This document shows, in pieces, positions 46,809-57,328 of a stretch of DNA of 64,000 nt (positions within the stretch are counted from its first letter, which is position 1; each line of letters starts with the position of its first letter). This DNA is from Calditrichota bacterium (GTDB taxonomy: Bacteria > Electryoneota > RPQS01), in NCBI GenBank assembly GCA_020637445.1, contig JACJVZ010000001.1, positions 1,583,947-1,647,946 on the forward strand, read 5' to 3'. The notes under the pieces are model-generated. The model was not told where the DNA came from. It saw only the letters and a list, made by a program, of their open reading frames with translations, and made no database searches. Made by a program: the position numbers and the translations under genes.

Positions 46809-49800
46809 CTATGCAGTCCAAACGTGTTGGCCAGAATTGGTCGGGCGAGCGGCAGGCTGGAAAGAATCAGCCATTTCTATGGTCTGTCCGGTCAGGGACG
46901 ACTCGGAACGCATTGACCGTGAAGTTTGGCTGTCTTGGGAGGATGTGTTGGAACCGGTCAAACCGGAATTCGGGTTGCCGTTGGAGCGCGGAGACAGATC
47001 AAGCTGCTCGACGGGATAGCCTTGGTCGCGCAGCCATTGAGTGAGATAGGGCTTCTGGTCTTCGAGCAGCGCCAGTGCTTTGTGATCGGCACCGATGCGG
47101 ATTGAGATTTTCTCGGTTTCCCGCACGACGTCGATGTCCATCGTTCCCAATTCGCCGAGAGGTACAGACAGCCTCAGTTCGTTGGGTTCCACGAGTCGTT
47201 TGCGCGACATATCAAGGGCCTGCTGCAGCGCGGCTTTCAGAGATTCGTTCAGCGCGTGCTGCTGCATGCTCTGAGTGCGTGCGGACGAAGTATGCTGTAT
47301 ATTCTGCGGCGAACTCTCGACGATTGGTTTGAAACCTGCTTGCGAATGATCGCGCTCGGTATTTTGAGACGAAGCATCCCCACCATTTTGATTTGTGGAC
47401 TGCGGACTTCTTTCCGCCTCATTTGCATTCACGGCTTGCACGGGCCGTTCGGCCTTGGGCTCTGGCTTCGCGGACGAACTTGAATCGTTGCGAACAGACT
47501 GCGCGAACGGCTGCGGTTGCGCAAACAGCGGAACTATCGTGCGTGAGTCAGGTGAGACATTCGGAGTCGCGATCTGCACCGCATCGCGGACGAGTGCAGG
47601 CGCAGGAGCGCGCAGATTATTCAGCGTATTCTTGGTAACATTGCGGGCCTCAGGGCTGGTGGACTCAAGCGGCGCCGTATTTTGTTTTGGCAAGTCAGCA
47701 GGCTTAGTCTCGGTCACAATGTTTTCACTTTTGCTGACGGTGTTCACATTCTTGGGCAGCGGCGCAAAAGAAACATTGTTTCTATTTTCGCCCTTTTGTG
47801 AATCAACGGAAACCTTCTGCATATCCATTCGCGGAGTTTCCGCATTCTCGCGGATATCCGTGTTCTTGGGAACAATGGTTTCCATTGCTTTCGCAGCACG
47901 CGAAGTGACCGGCAGCGGAGCTTGCTTGGTTTCGCTTGAATTTGCAGTGGCCGATATGACTGGTTCCGCATATTTTGTTGTGGGGCCAGATAACGGAGCT
48001 TTGTTCAACATTGAAGTTGGCGACGTGTTTCTGACTTCCCTTGCCGTGGGACTCACTTTTGCGCTGACGTCGCTTTTGTCATTCAAAAGAATTTCTGTTG
48101 CCTCTTCGGAACCCGCAAACATATGTTCCAAACTTGTGTGGTTCTCTTTTGGAGTAGCCGTCTTAACGGGTTTCAGGGAAGAAATGGAATGTAGGGCAGA
48201 GTTAGCGGAACTCTTTGAATTCACCACTGGCTCACTGGCCGCATTATTGACTGACTGCTTGCTTTCGGATGCGGGTGGGCTGTGCACCTCCGATTTCGCA
48301 GCAAGTTTTGCAGCAGCAGTTTCGGGAACGCGAATAGCTTCAATTGGCTTTTGCACGTGTGTGGAGACAACTTTGTATTGAGGAGCAGCCTTACCAATAC
48401 CATACTCACTGCTCTCATGCGTGGTTTCAATACCTCGAGCGACTTCAGGTTCGGATAAGAGTTCCGGCGCATCGTTCGCAATAGGCATCTTTGGTACGGA
48501 GACTGCCGGCAACTCGCTCGTCTTCGTGGTTGGCGCAATTACTTCTTGATTATGCTTCGCACCATCCCTGTCTTTTGAGTCAAGCAACACGGTATGTGCA
48601 ACACGGCTTTGTGAGTTCTGAGTGGCACGATTGTACCGAAGCGCATCAATTTTAGTGTCCGATTCCACTTCGTTGGAAACAACTGCATTGCCTGCATTCG
48701 CGGAAGTTTGTTGCGGAGCACGTGAGTCTTTGGGAACAAACTTGTAGCCCAGAACTTCCTTAGGCGACATCATCTCAGAAGACTCGTTTTGCTCGTTAGT
48801 CACGATTCGGACGACATCACCCTTCTTCTCGGTTGCATGTACGAGTGGTGCAGGTTCGACCAACGGTTGAGCAGGCAACTTCACCGGCGGTTGCCCGGCA
48901 CGCGCGAAACTTCGTGCTTCGCGAGTATCATTTGTTACCTTGGGCTGCGAGTTTCCTTTCCGATCGATGGGTGCTGTTGTAGCAATTTGGTTGTCCGAGG
49001 ATACTCGAGTCTCTTCTAAAACTGGCTTTTGAGTTTCGACCCTGCTTGCCTGAACACTCTGCTTAGTTTCCGTCTTGACCTCAGCAAGATGCTCCAGTAC
49101 AACCTCACCTGTCTGGCTGTTCTGTTTTTCAGGTTGACTCAGCTTTTGATTCACGGACTTTGCCTGGGACTGTCGCGCGGGAACTTCCTTGCGGTCGCTC
49201 GCACGAACTGAGCTTGCACCAATCTCAGGTTTCGTAACAGGCCGCTCGTTAGGTTCCAGTTGAGAATCCGCTATATAAGTTCCGTCACTTTCCGGCGTCG
49301 TTGCACGGTTGGTGTAATGCTCAACAACTTCATCAACAATATTTCGATGGCTGGTTGGAGTCCACGGTCGTGCTTGGTGTGTTGCCGGCGCTTTGCCATC
49401 CTTGGTCGCAACAACTTTCTCAGGAGTCACAGGCGTTGTGAACGCACTTGTTCTGTCCCGAACGGGTTCGGTTGCAGTTGTTTTGGTGTTTTCGGATGCC
49501 GCGCTTTTCGGAGTGTCGCCCAATATCTTTGCGTGCGAATTGTTGAGCGTGTTTTGATCTTTTGGCCGAACCGTTGTTGGAGTGCTAAGAGTAAGGTCGC
49601 TGTTCGACCTCGCGGTCAAGTCCTTTGCTGTGCTGGGACGATTGGCGCTCGGCACGATCCGCGCGGTTACGCCTTCTGATTTGGCATCGACTTCCGGCAA
49701 GACTTGCTCTTTGGACTTCGCCACGTTTACAAAGGTCTCTTTCACAAGGGCATTCTTTGGAAGTGCTTGTGATCGACTTACCTTGTGAGCCACTACTTCA

Positions 49801-51041
49801 GTACTGTGAACATTGTCTCTCTGTTGCTGCGGCGTCGCTTGGCGGCGAATGTCTTCGCTCCCGTTTTCTGCAACTCTTGGCAGGACCACTTCATGTTCAG
49901 AGCTACGGGGTGAAGTCTGCGCCCGCATAGTCTGTTGCGTCGTGACCTCGTTCCGGGTTGCCCGACTACTGGTAGAGTGAACATATCCTCGAGTCACAGT
50001 CGGAACTGAGCGGTCGACACGTGTTGCCGGAGCTTTTTCACCAACGTGTTTGCTCTTTGGCAAAACGTTCTCAGCATTGAGTTCAGTTATGCCATGCGGT
50101 ACACTCTCTTGCACCGTTTTCAGTTGCGGCGTTTGTTGTTCGCTTGGAACCTGTCTTGCAACCTTCGGGGATGCGGACTTCTGTATTGAATCGCCTATTG
50201 AGTACGTGCTTTGCCGCGAACTTTGAAATGTCGGACGGGTTGGAGGGAGTTTGTCCTCAACCACGCTCGGATCAGCTTTCTCTGTGCTTGTGAGTATAGA
50301 AGCCTTTTCGTTCGCAAGGTCGCCAGTGTGCGCGGGCTTTGAGGTGTTAGTTGGAACACGAGCAGACGAAACGTTTGGTCTCTGCGAGGGAGACTGTTGT
50401 TCCGGTTCTTCTTTCGGAGCATTCAACTCGGTCGTCTCATGATGCTCCGGAAGTTTGCTCTTCGGATTTGCCGTTATAAGTGGCTGATGCTTAGACGCTG
50501 CTCGCAGCGGAGGTGCTCCCTGCTGCGTTACGTCCTTCTTTTCAAGAGCATTTTGTACTAGTGATGACTTTGCTGCCTGCACAGTGTTCGTCGTGGCCTT
50601 TGGTGCATTGCCCATCACTGGCTGAATGTCGGCAACTGACTCCTCTAGTCCAGCTTGATCCGCTGGCGGCAGAGTCGAGAGAATCGCAGGCGCGGCGACT
50701 TGACGCGTCTCTGTTCCCGTGATTCGACTCTTTCGGACAGAAACCGGCTCTTTCTTTGGCTCGGACCCCGTGTCCGTTTTCGGGGATTCCTTTTTGTCAG
50801 ACTTTAACTTGTCTTGCAAGTCCGTATCGGGCTTACTATAGCGTTTCGCAAAAGAAACCGCCGGTTTGGAAACCGGCGGCTTGTTCGAATTCTCTGTCAG
50901 AATGGATTTTTTTGAAGGTGGTGCCTTGGACAATTCGCTCGACAAGAGCGACACAAACTCAGAGCCACCTTTCTTGGAGCTCTGAGTCGCGTTCCCGACT
51001 GGGAGATTCGCTTTGAACAGCTTGTCGAGTTTTAGATTCAT
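46809..51041 (-). CDS. fliK: Hook-length control protein FliK, exceptionally long (1410 aa) with a huge low-complexity ruler region
   Basis: The C-terminal roughly 130 aa (LRLSVPLGELGTMDIDVVRETEKISIRIGADHKALALLEDQKPYLTQWLRDQGYPVEQLDLS) fits the FliK C-terminal (Flg_hook) domain. The rest is S/T/P/A/K/Q/E-rich and disordered. Its start overlaps the ylxF-like stop (ATGA). Confidence 0.7.
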   Translation of the reverse strand: MNLKLDKLFKANLPVGNATQSSKKGGSEFVSLLSSELSKAPPSKKSILTENSNKPPVSKPAVSFAKRYSKPDTDLQDKLKSDKKESPKTDTGSEPKKEPVSVRKSRITGTETRQVAAPAILSTLPPADQAGLEESVADIQPVMGNAPKATTNTVQAAKSSLVQNALEKKDVTQQGAPPLRAASKHQPLITANPKSKLPEHHETTELNAPKEEPEQQSPSQRPNVSSARVPTNTSKPAHTGDLANEKASILTSTEKADPSVVEDKLPPTRPTFQSSRQSTYSIGDSIQKSASPKVARQVPSEQQTPQLKTVQESVPHGITELNAENVLPKSKHVGEKAPATRVDRSVPTVTRGYVHSTSSRATRNEVTTQQTMRAQTSPRSSEHEVVLPRVAENGSEDIRRQATPQQQRDNVHSTEVVAHKVSRSQALPKNALVKETFVNVAKSKEQVLPEVDAKSEGVTARIVPSANRPSTAKDLTARSNSDLTLSTPTTVRPKDQNTLNNSHAKILGDTPKSAASENTKTTATEPVRDRTSAFTTPVTPEKVVATKDGKAPATHQARPWTPTSHRNIVDEVVEHYTNRATTPESDGTYIADSQLEPNERPVTKPEIGASSVRASDRKEVPARQSQAKSVNQKLSQPEKQNSQTGEVVLEHLAEVKTETKQSVQASRVETQKPVLEETRVSSDNQIATTAPIDRKGNSQPKVTNDTREARSFARAGQPPVKLPAQPLVEPAPLVHATEKKGDVVRIVTNEQNESSEMMSPKEVLGYKFVPKDSRAPQQTSANAGNAVVSNEVESDTKIDALRYNRATQNSQSRVAHTVLLDSKDRDGAKHNQEVIAPTTKTSELPAVSVPKMPIANDAPELLSEPEVARGIETTHESSEYGIGKAAPQYKVVSTHVQKPIEAIRVPETAAAKLAAKSEVHSPPASESKQSVNNAASEPVVNSKSSANSALHSISSLKPVKTATPKENHTSLEHMFAGSEEATEILLNDKSDVSAKVSPTAREVRNTSPTSMLNKAPLSGPTTKYAEPVISATANSSETKQAPLPVTSRAAKAMETIVPKNTDIRENAETPRMDMQKVSVDSQKGENRNNVSFAPLPKNVNTVSKSENIVTETKPADLPKQNTAPLESTSPEARNVTKNTLNNLRAPAPALVRDAVQIATPNVSPDSRTIVPLFAQPQPFAQSVRNDSSSSAKPEPKAERPVQAVNANEAERSPQSTNQNGGDASSQNTERDHSQAGFKPIVESSPQNIQHTSSARTQSMQQHALNESLKAALQQALDMSRKRLVEPNELRLSVPLGELGTMDIDVVRETEKISIRIGADHKALALLEDQKPYLTQWLRDQGYPVEQLDLSPRSNGNPNSGLTGSNTSSQDSQTSRSMRSESSLTGQTIEMADSFQPAARPTNSGQHVWTA

Positions 51042-51655
51042 GACGGGTTTTTTGTACCGGACAGTTCTGCCATCTTTGTGGCCACCGACGCCGCAACCGG
51101 CACTGGCAAGGAAGCCATCATCTTTGCGCCGCTGCGGCTCTTCATTCGCATCACAAGTTCCACAATGGTATTGGTTGGAAGCCGTTCGGCAATCACCGCG
51201 GCTTCGGCAGGTTTCATGCCTTCCAGCACTTTTGCGAGTTTCGCAATCTCCGCAGTTGATTTCGGAGTGTCTTCCAACGCGACCTCCTGATCAAGCACGT
51301 TCGGCTCGGAGTCTTGCGGCTGCTCGATTTGAGCTGTTTCCTGCTCGGTATCCATGCCGGTCTGCTCCCCTGAGTCTTCAGCATGCACATCGCCAGAGTG
51401 ATCTTCGGAGTGGTCGTCGTGCGACTCTTCAGCTAAATCTTGCTGAACCTGTTCTTCATCAGGAGCGTGATCAAATTCCGCGTCCTCATGTATCTCAGGC
51501 ACGGCTTCTTCGTGAGTCAACGTCGAATCGGCGCCAGCTTCTTCATCATGCGCGACCGGTTCAGGTTGTGTGAACATGAGCAGAAAGTACATGGCCACGT
51601 TGATAACGACGAACGTGCCGACATATAAGCCAATTTTGGGTAGCAGTTTCTTCAT
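51038..51655 (-). CDS. YlxF/FlbB-like protein with an MgtE_N-like C-terminal domain
   Basis: 205 aa. An N-terminal TM helix, an acidic linker, and a C-terminal LEGMKPAEAAVIAERLPTNTIVELVMRMKSRSGAKMMASL (MgtE_N-like). Position between fliJ and fliK as in Bacillus ylxF. Confidence 0.55.
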   Translation of the reverse strand: MKKLLPKIGLYVGTFVVINVAMYFLLMFTQPEPVAHDEEAGADSTLTHEEAVPEIHEDAEFDHAPDEEQVQQDLAEESHDDHSEDHSGDVHAEDSGEQTGMDTEQETAQIEQPQDSEPNVLDQEVALEDTPKSTAEIAKLAKVLEGMKPAEAAVIAERLPTNTIVELVMRMKSRSGAKMMASLPVPVAASVATKMAELSGTKNPS

Positions 51656-52095
51656 TTGTGGATCGTGTTAGACTTTCGCGGGTTATCGTCCGCGATTTTC
51701 TGCTCTAAACTTATCAGTTCCTTCTGCCATTCTTCGCGCTTCTTGTCCCCGAGTTTGTCGAGACCCAGTGATTTTTGGCGCGCTTCCATGAATTTTAATC
51801 GTGCGGCATGCTCGTGCTGCTTATATTCCTTTACAACTCCGGACTGATAGCCGACGATGCGATCGATTCTCTCCAAGTACTTCCAGTCCGTTTGGCGGTC
51901 GGCAACGCGGAATTCCTTTTTGAACGTGGCTTCCATTGTGACACATTGGACGTCTCGTTCGTTCGTGAACATCGTCAGTTTTTCCTGCTGTGCCTTGAGC
52001 GCCCGCTCCGCCCTCTTTTGTTCGGACAGTCTGAGCGTTTCTTGAATTTTGCGAACCCGCCGCACTCGTTCGAGACTAAAACGGAATTTCTTCAC
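51652..52095 (-). CDS. fliJ: Flagellar export protein FliJ
   Basis: 147 aa coiled-coil (MKKFRFSLERVRRVRKIQETLRL...) directly after fliI. Confidence 0.7.
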   Translation of the reverse strand: MKKFRFSLERVRRVRKIQETLRLSEQKRAERALKAQQEKLTMFTNERDVQCVTMEATFKKEFRVADRQTDWKYLERIDRIVGYQSGVVKEYKQHEHAARLKFMEARQKSLGLDKLGDKKREEWQKELISLEQKIADDNPRKSNTIHK

Positions 52096-53400
52096 CTATG
52101 ACACCAGCTCCGCCAAACCGGAGAGCGACTCTTCAAATGAGGACGACTCGTTCATGTCCTGTCGCAGGTAATTGTGAATCGCCGGCAGTTTTTCAATTGC
52201 CTGATCCAACAGCGGCATGGCGCCGCGAACGTACGCGCCGATGGAAATCAGGTCTTCGCCTTCCTGATAGGCCGACAGCCATTCTTTGATTTTGGTTACC
52301 GCGGCCATATGTTCCCGGGACGTAACCTGCGGCATCACGCGACTGATGCTGTTCAAGACATCAATGGCGGGGAAATGGCCTTTGGCGGCAATCTTTCTTG
52401 AAAGCGCGACGTGTCCATCGAGAATACTTCTCATGGTATCGGCGACAGGCTCCATCATATCGTCGCCATCGACCAGTACCGTGTAAATGGCAGTGATAGA
52501 ACCTTTCTCCGAGTTTCCAGTACGCTCCAACAACTTTGGAAGCGCCGCAAAAACCGAAGGAGGATAACCGCGCGTCGCAACCGGTTCATTGAGTGACAGC
52601 CCGACTTCGCGCATGGCGTGACAGACTCGCGTAATGCTGTCCATCATCAACAACACACGCAAACCTTGATCGCGATAGTACTCTGCAATGGCCGTCGCGG
52701 CGAGTGCGCCCTTTATTCGCAGCAATGGCCAGCGATCCGATGTTTCACACACGACTACGGAACGCGCCAACCCTTCCGGTCCAAGCGCGTCTTCAATAAA
52801 GTCTCTGACCTCACGGCCGCGCTCGCCGACAAGACCTGTGACAATGACGTCGGCGTTTGTGTTGCGTGCCATCATTCCGAGCAAAACACTCTTCCCTACT
52901 CCACTGCCGGCAAAAATCCCGACACGTTGTCCTTCTCCGAACGTCAATAGGCCGTCAATCGCGCGCACGCCCATTTGCAACGGAGACTTGACGCGCGGCC
53001 TTGTCAACGGATTGGGACTTTCGTTGTTAAGCGGCCGATAGGCGTCGGCAATGATATCACCCTTGCCGTCGATGGGTTCACCCAAACTATTTATTACTCT
53101 ACCGAGCAGCTTTTTGCCGACCGGAACAAGCTGTTTGCGGCCAAGATCGACCACCTCATCTCCGGGACAAACGCCTGCCAAATCTTCGAGCGCCATGAGC
53201 AAAGTCGTGGAGCCGTCGAATCCGACAACTTCCGCCAAACGGTCACCTTGCTCCGTGACGATCTTGCACAAGTGTCCTACGGCGGCACGCGGTCCCTTCG
53301 ATTCGAGGACGAGGCCGCGAACGCAATTGACGCGACCGACAGCGCGAACCGGAGTGGCTACGTTCAAAACGTCTCGTGCTTGTGCAATGAGGTCATTCAC
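52096..53400 (-). CDS. fliI: Flagellum-specific ATPase FliI
   Basis: 434 aa. Walker A GIFAGSGVGKSVLLGM, Walker B ...VLLMMDSITR. F1-ATPase beta-like. Confidence 0.9.
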   Translation of the reverse strand: MNDLIAQARDVLNVATPVRAVGRVNCVRGLVLESKGPRAAVGHLCKIVTEQGDRLAEVVGFDGSTTLLMALEDLAGVCPGDEVVDLGRKQLVPVGKKLLGRVINSLGEPIDGKGDIIADAYRPLNNESPNPLTRPRVKSPLQMGVRAIDGLLTFGEGQRVGIFAGSGVGKSVLLGMMARNTNADVIVTGLVGERGREVRDFIEDALGPEGLARSVVVCETSDRWPLLRIKGALAATAIAEYYRDQGLRVLLMMDSITRVCHAMREVGLSLNEPVATRGYPPSVFAALPKLLERTGNSEKGSITAIYTVLVDGDDMMEPVADTMRSILDGHVALSRKIAAKGHFPAIDVLNSISRVMPQVTSREHMAAVTKIKEWLSAYQEGEDLISIGAYVRGAMPLLDQAIEKLPAIHNYLRQDMNESSSFEESLSGLAELVS

Positions 53401-54092
53401 TCGTTCTTACCCAGAGAAATCTCAAGCTGTTGTTTTAGAGTTTCAAGCTGCGTGCTGAGTTTTGCATCCAGCGAACCGATATCTGAGTCGATCAGGCAAT
53501 CGCCGCGCATCAAACTGTCATCGGGACGCAGCGTCAAGGAAGCTGACGAGGCAAGTTGTTGGGCAACTTCCTGTGCGCGCTCCTGCAATATTGCGAGGTC
53601 CTTGGGGTGAACTCGGACGGTCACTTGATTTGCTTCGCCTAATGAACGGAAAGCGTTCTTGACGATTTCCGCAAGCAACTCGGGTTTCACGCTAAGTTCG
53701 GCATTCAGGATTCGCTCGGCCATTTGCGTCGCGAGCGCGATCAACTGTGATTCAAGCCGTGCGGCCAAATCGGCACGCTCGGCAGCGAGCATGGTAGCAT
53801 AGTTTTGCATCAGCTCCAAAGCCGGCGCAAGCTCTTGCTGAGCGCTTTCCCGGCCGATCGCTTTGCCCTGCTCGATACCATCGAGACGGGCGCGCTCAAT
53901 TTCCGCCGCATGTTTACGTTTTTCCGAGATAGGAATACGCAGCGCGATATTCGAGTCAGCAAGCGACGACTTCATGGACCGCGCGGGGTCCTGCACGATC
54001 TCTCGGAAGTAGTTCACGGGGCGGTCGGCGAAGTTTTCGAACTGCGCGGGGCGCACATGTGAATCATCAGATAGTTTTAAGATTCTTCCCAT
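53397..54092 (-). CDS. fliH: Flagellar assembly protein FliH
   Basis: 231 aa. Coiled-coil N-terminal half and a FliH C-terminal domain. 4-nt overlap with fliI. Confidence 0.75.
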   Translation of the reverse strand: MGRILKLSDDSHVRPAQFENFADRPVNYFREIVQDPARSMKSSLADSNIALRIPISEKRKHAAEIERARLDGIEQGKAIGRESAQQELAPALELMQNYATMLAAERADLAARLESQLIALATQMAERILNAELSVKPELLAEIVKNAFRSLGEANQVTVRVHPKDLAILQERAQEVAQQLASSASLTLRPDDSLMRGDCLIDSDIGSLDAKLSTQLETLKQQLEISLGKNE

Positions 54093-54095
54093 GAA

Positions 54096-55118
54096 TTACT
54101 CCACCATCACGTCGCCTTTGGAACTGCTCACGACAACAATCTGACCTTGCTCTTCGAGCTTGCGAATGGAGTCGACGATCTGCTGCTGCGCGACTTCGAC
54201 TTCCTTCAGACGAACAGGTCCCATGTATTCGATTTCTTCTTGGATTGTCTCGGACGCACGCTCGGACATATTGGCGAGCACGCGGGCCTTGACTTCCGGA
54301 TTGACGTGCTTAAGAGCCAGCGCAAGGTCTTTGTTGTCGACTTCCTTGAGGACCTTCTGAATCGAGCGGTCGTCAAGCTGCACGATATCTTCAAATACAA
54401 ACATCAGGTTCTTGATCTCGGTGGCAAGCTCGGGTGCGCGCTCGTTGATTTTCGAAAGAATTGCGCGTTCGCCGGAGGTGCCGACCAAGTTGAGAATTTC
54501 CGCAGCGGCCTTTACGCCGCCGAGCTTGCTGGAGCTTTGATTGAAATCGACGCGCGATTCGAGCACGGATTCGACGGCCGAAATCGTTTCGGGCGCGACG
54601 CGCTCCATATTCGCGTACCGCATCATCACCTCGGCTTGAAGGTCGGGCGCCAGGTCTGCGAGAATTTGCGCGCTTTGCTGCGGCTGCAACTGGCTCAAGA
54701 CGAACGCAATAGTCTGCGGATGCTCCTTTTGCATAAAGGCAAGCAGTTGGTTCGGATCGACGTTCTTCAGAACATTGAATCCTTTGACGCGGATCATGCG
54801 TTCGATACGGCGGATGATTTCAAGAGCTTTTTCCGGTCCGAGAGACTTATTCAACACTTCTTCCGCATAGGAGATACCGCCGATGGCGACGAACTCCTGC
54901 GCGGTCATCATGTGGTAAAATTCCTCGATCACCGAGTTGGCCATCGCTGAATCCACGTTTCGAAGACGCAGCATTTCCTTCGTTATCTCTTCGATTTCGT
55001 CTTGCTGCATTCTCTTGTAGAACTCCGCAGAAGCATCCGGACCGATGGAGATCATCAGCACTGCCGCTTTCTGCAAGTTTGACAATTTCGCGGGAGTGTT
55101 TTTACTAGTTTGCGCCAT
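54096..55118 (-). CDS. fliG: Rotor/switch protein FliG
   Basis: 340 aa. Armadillo-type FliG repeats. The C-terminal torque helix region contains ...RSIQKVLKEVDNKDLALALKHVNPEVKARVLANMSERA. Confidence 0.9.
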   Translation of the reverse strand: MAQTSKNTPAKLSNLQKAAVLMISIGPDASAEFYKRMQQDEIEEITKEMLRLRNVDSAMANSVIEEFYHMMTAQEFVAIGGISYAEEVLNKSLGPEKALEIIRRIERMIRVKGFNVLKNVDPNQLLAFMQKEHPQTIAFVLSQLQPQQSAQILADLAPDLQAEVMMRYANMERVAPETISAVESVLESRVDFNQSSSKLGGVKAAAEILNLVGTSGERAILSKINERAPELATEIKNLMFVFEDIVQLDDRSIQKVLKEVDNKDLALALKHVNPEVKARVLANMSERASETIQEEIEYMGPVRLKEVEVAQQQIVDSIRKLEEQGQIVVVSSSKGDVMVE

Positions 55119-56802
55119 CAGCCACCCAGCTTCTTAGAATTTGCGTCGCGTTGTCGGGCTTGTTCATGACAAACTGCACGGTTCGGTTGAGCATCTCTTG
55201 TGCGCGAAGAGCTTCAACGGACGGTCCCTCTTCATCCAATTCGATAGTCTGCGGCTGCTCCTTCGACTTGAAGACGACCTTCGGCCCGTCATTTCCCATC
55301 ACAGCACCGCTTCTTCCGACGGCGCTCATGGAGCCTCCGCTCACAGTGCTATGATCGGAGCTGCCTTGCTGTAGTTGCCCGGACGCGTGACCACCAGCCA
55401 GTTGACCGGTGGATGCACCTGCTCCGATTGCCCCGCCCTGTTCGCCCGCGCCAACCATGGCCATCTGCATACCTTGCGGCAAAGCAGGCAACTTGGCGCT
55501 CATCTTGTTCATCATCGAGCGGACTGCGAAGAACGCGAGGATGAGGACAACCAACAGAATAATCTTGTCCGCAAATTTCTGCAACAGCGAAAGCCAGTTC
55601 GTCGGTAATTCAGGCGCTGTATTTATGGCCTCAGGACTTTCGTTGAACTGAAACGACATCACGGTCAATTCGTCGTTGCGGTTCGGATCGATGCCCAGCG
55701 CACTGGATACCATGGCGCGGAACTTTTCAAGTTCTTGCGGAGTGCGCTCAACATAGGTTTGAGTGACATTGCCAAGCGAGTCCGTGCTTGTCTCGTAGTT
55801 TCCGTCGATGAGCACGGAGGCCCAAATGCGCTCGATATTGCCGACTTCGGGCACGACTTTTTCTACGGTGCGCGGGACTTGATAGTTGGTAACGAGCTTT
55901 TCCGACGTTCCGGCAGTCGCGTCTTCGCTTGTTTGCGATTCTTCGGACAAGGTCGCGACTCGTTCCGGGTCGTAATTTTCGGACGTGCGCTCGATGCGGT
56001 TCCAGTTGAGTTTCGCTGTTACTTCAACACGTGCGCGGCCGGGGCCGACGACGTCCATCAAGAGCCCTTCCGCTTTGTCTTCAAGCTCTTTTTCGATCAT
56101 CGTCTGCATTTCAAGCTGCGTGGACGACAATCCGGCAAGTTCGTCGCGCGGGCCGTTGGTCAGCGGATTTCCCTCCGAGTCGAGAATCGTGACGTGTTCA
56201 GGCTCCAATCCTTCGACGGCGTAGGACGTCAAAGCGGCTAAGGCGGCGACTTGTTTTTTACTTAGAGAAAAACCCTGTTTGAGAGTTAAGACGACCGAAG
56301 CTGTCGCAGGTTTTTTGTCTTCCTTAAAGAGGCGCTGCTCCGGAATCACAAGATGCACGCGCGCGCCTTCAACGCCTTCGATAGACGTCATGGTGCGTGC
56401 AAGTTCTCCTTCGATCGCGCGGCGCTGATTCAATTTTTGAAGCTGGTCCGTCAAACCTAATTGCGGTTTGTCAAAAATCTCGTAGCCCAGCTCGCCGGAA
56501 TGCGGGATTCCCTTTTCCGCGAATGTCAGGCGCAGCGAGTTGACGTATTGCTGCGGCACTTTGATCGTACCGTCGCTGGTCACTTCAAATTCGATCTTTT
56601 CATCGCGCAGTTGGTCCGCGACTGCCGCGGCATCTTTGGATTCGAGACCGTTGTACAGAGTGGCCAGCACAGGCCGAGTGGAATAGGAAATCGCAGCGGC
56701 GGAAATCGCGATCACCAGTCCGCCGCCGATAATCATCAGCGCGCGTTGGTTGACGGTTAACCGTTGCCAGAGTTCCTTAAGTGTATCGAGTGGATTGCCC
56801 AT
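55105..56802 (-). CDS. fliF: MS-ring protein FliF
   Basis: 565 aa. An N-terminal TM helix, the ring-building motifs, a C-terminal TM helix and a Gly/Ala/Gln-rich tail. Confidence 0.9.
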   Translation of the reverse strand: MGNPLDTLKELWQRLTVNQRALMIIGGGLVIAISAAAISYSTRPVLATLYNGLESKDAAAVADQLRDEKIEFEVTSDGTIKVPQQYVNSLRLTFAEKGIPHSGELGYEIFDKPQLGLTDQLQKLNQRRAIEGELARTMTSIEGVEGARVHLVIPEQRLFKEDKKPATASVVLTLKQGFSLSKKQVAALAALTSYAVEGLEPEHVTILDSEGNPLTNGPRDELAGLSSTQLEMQTMIEKELEDKAEGLLMDVVGPGRARVEVTAKLNWNRIERTSENYDPERVATLSEESQTSEDATAGTSEKLVTNYQVPRTVEKVVPEVGNIERIWASVLIDGNYETSTDSLGNVTQTYVERTPQELEKFRAMVSSALGIDPNRNDELTVMSFQFNESPEAINTAPELPTNWLSLLQKFADKIILLVVLILAFFAVRSMMNKMSAKLPALPQGMQMAMVGAGEQGGAIGAGASTGQLAGGHASGQLQQGSSDHSTVSGGSMSAVGRSGAVMGNDGPKVVFKSKEQPQTIELDEEGPSVEALRAQEMLNRTVQFVMNKPDNATQILRSWVADGAN

Positions 56803-56832
56803 TTATCCGAAGTGCTTGGAGTGTCAGATTGT

Positions 56833-57132
56833 TTAGACCGGCGTGCGCATCAGTTCCTGATAACCTTCGAGCGCTTTCTTGCGAATTTCCAGCAGCAACG
56901 AAAGCGAGATGGATGCTTCTTCGACGGCGGCCATGACTTCGTGCACGTCTTGAATTTGTCCTGTGGCAAACTGATTGGTCTTGTCGATCGCCTCGAGCTG
57001 CGTTTTGTTCACATTGCCGACGAAGTTCGACAGAGTATCGCCGAAAGATTCGCCGTCCGCGACCTTTGGGGTCGGCTGCACGCCGTTCGCAATCGGCGGA
57101 ATCGGTTTGATGTTGTCAATGCCGTAGATCAT
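56833..57132 (-). CDS. fliE: Basal-body protein FliE
   Basis: 99 aa. ...FGDTLSNFVGNVNKTQLEAIDKTNQFATGQIQDVHEVMAAVEEASISLSLLLEIRKKALEGYQELMR matches FliE. Confidence 0.8.
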   Translation of the reverse strand: MIYGIDNIKPIPPIANGVQPTPKVADGESFGDTLSNFVGNVNKTQLEAIDKTNQFATGQIQDVHEVMAAVEEASISLSLLLEIRKKALEGYQELMRTPV

Positions 57133-57135
57133 GGA

Positions 57136-57327
57136 TTATGCCCTCAAGTCGAGATTTTTGCCGAGTTCTTCGACGGGCCGAAAGGTTTCAAATTCCGCGT
57201 GTTTTTGTGCAATCAGTTCCCGCAGTTTCGCTTCCGCGGAATTGCGTTCGCCGTGGGCGTCATGCTGAATCGTGTTGACGCGCTGCTGCGGCAGAATAGG
57301 CGGGGTATATCCGGTGCCGATTTTCAT
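57136..57327 (-). CDS. Small hypothetical ORF between flgC and fliE (doubtful)
   Basis: 63 aa. It fills the flgC-fliE spacer exactly (2 nt after the flgC stop, 3 nt before the fliE start). No motif. It is not flgB. Confidence 0.3.
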   Translation of the reverse strand: MKIGTGYTPPILPQQRVNTIQHDAHGERNSAEAKLRELIAQKHAEFETFRPVEELGKNLDLRA

Positions 57328-57328
57328 C

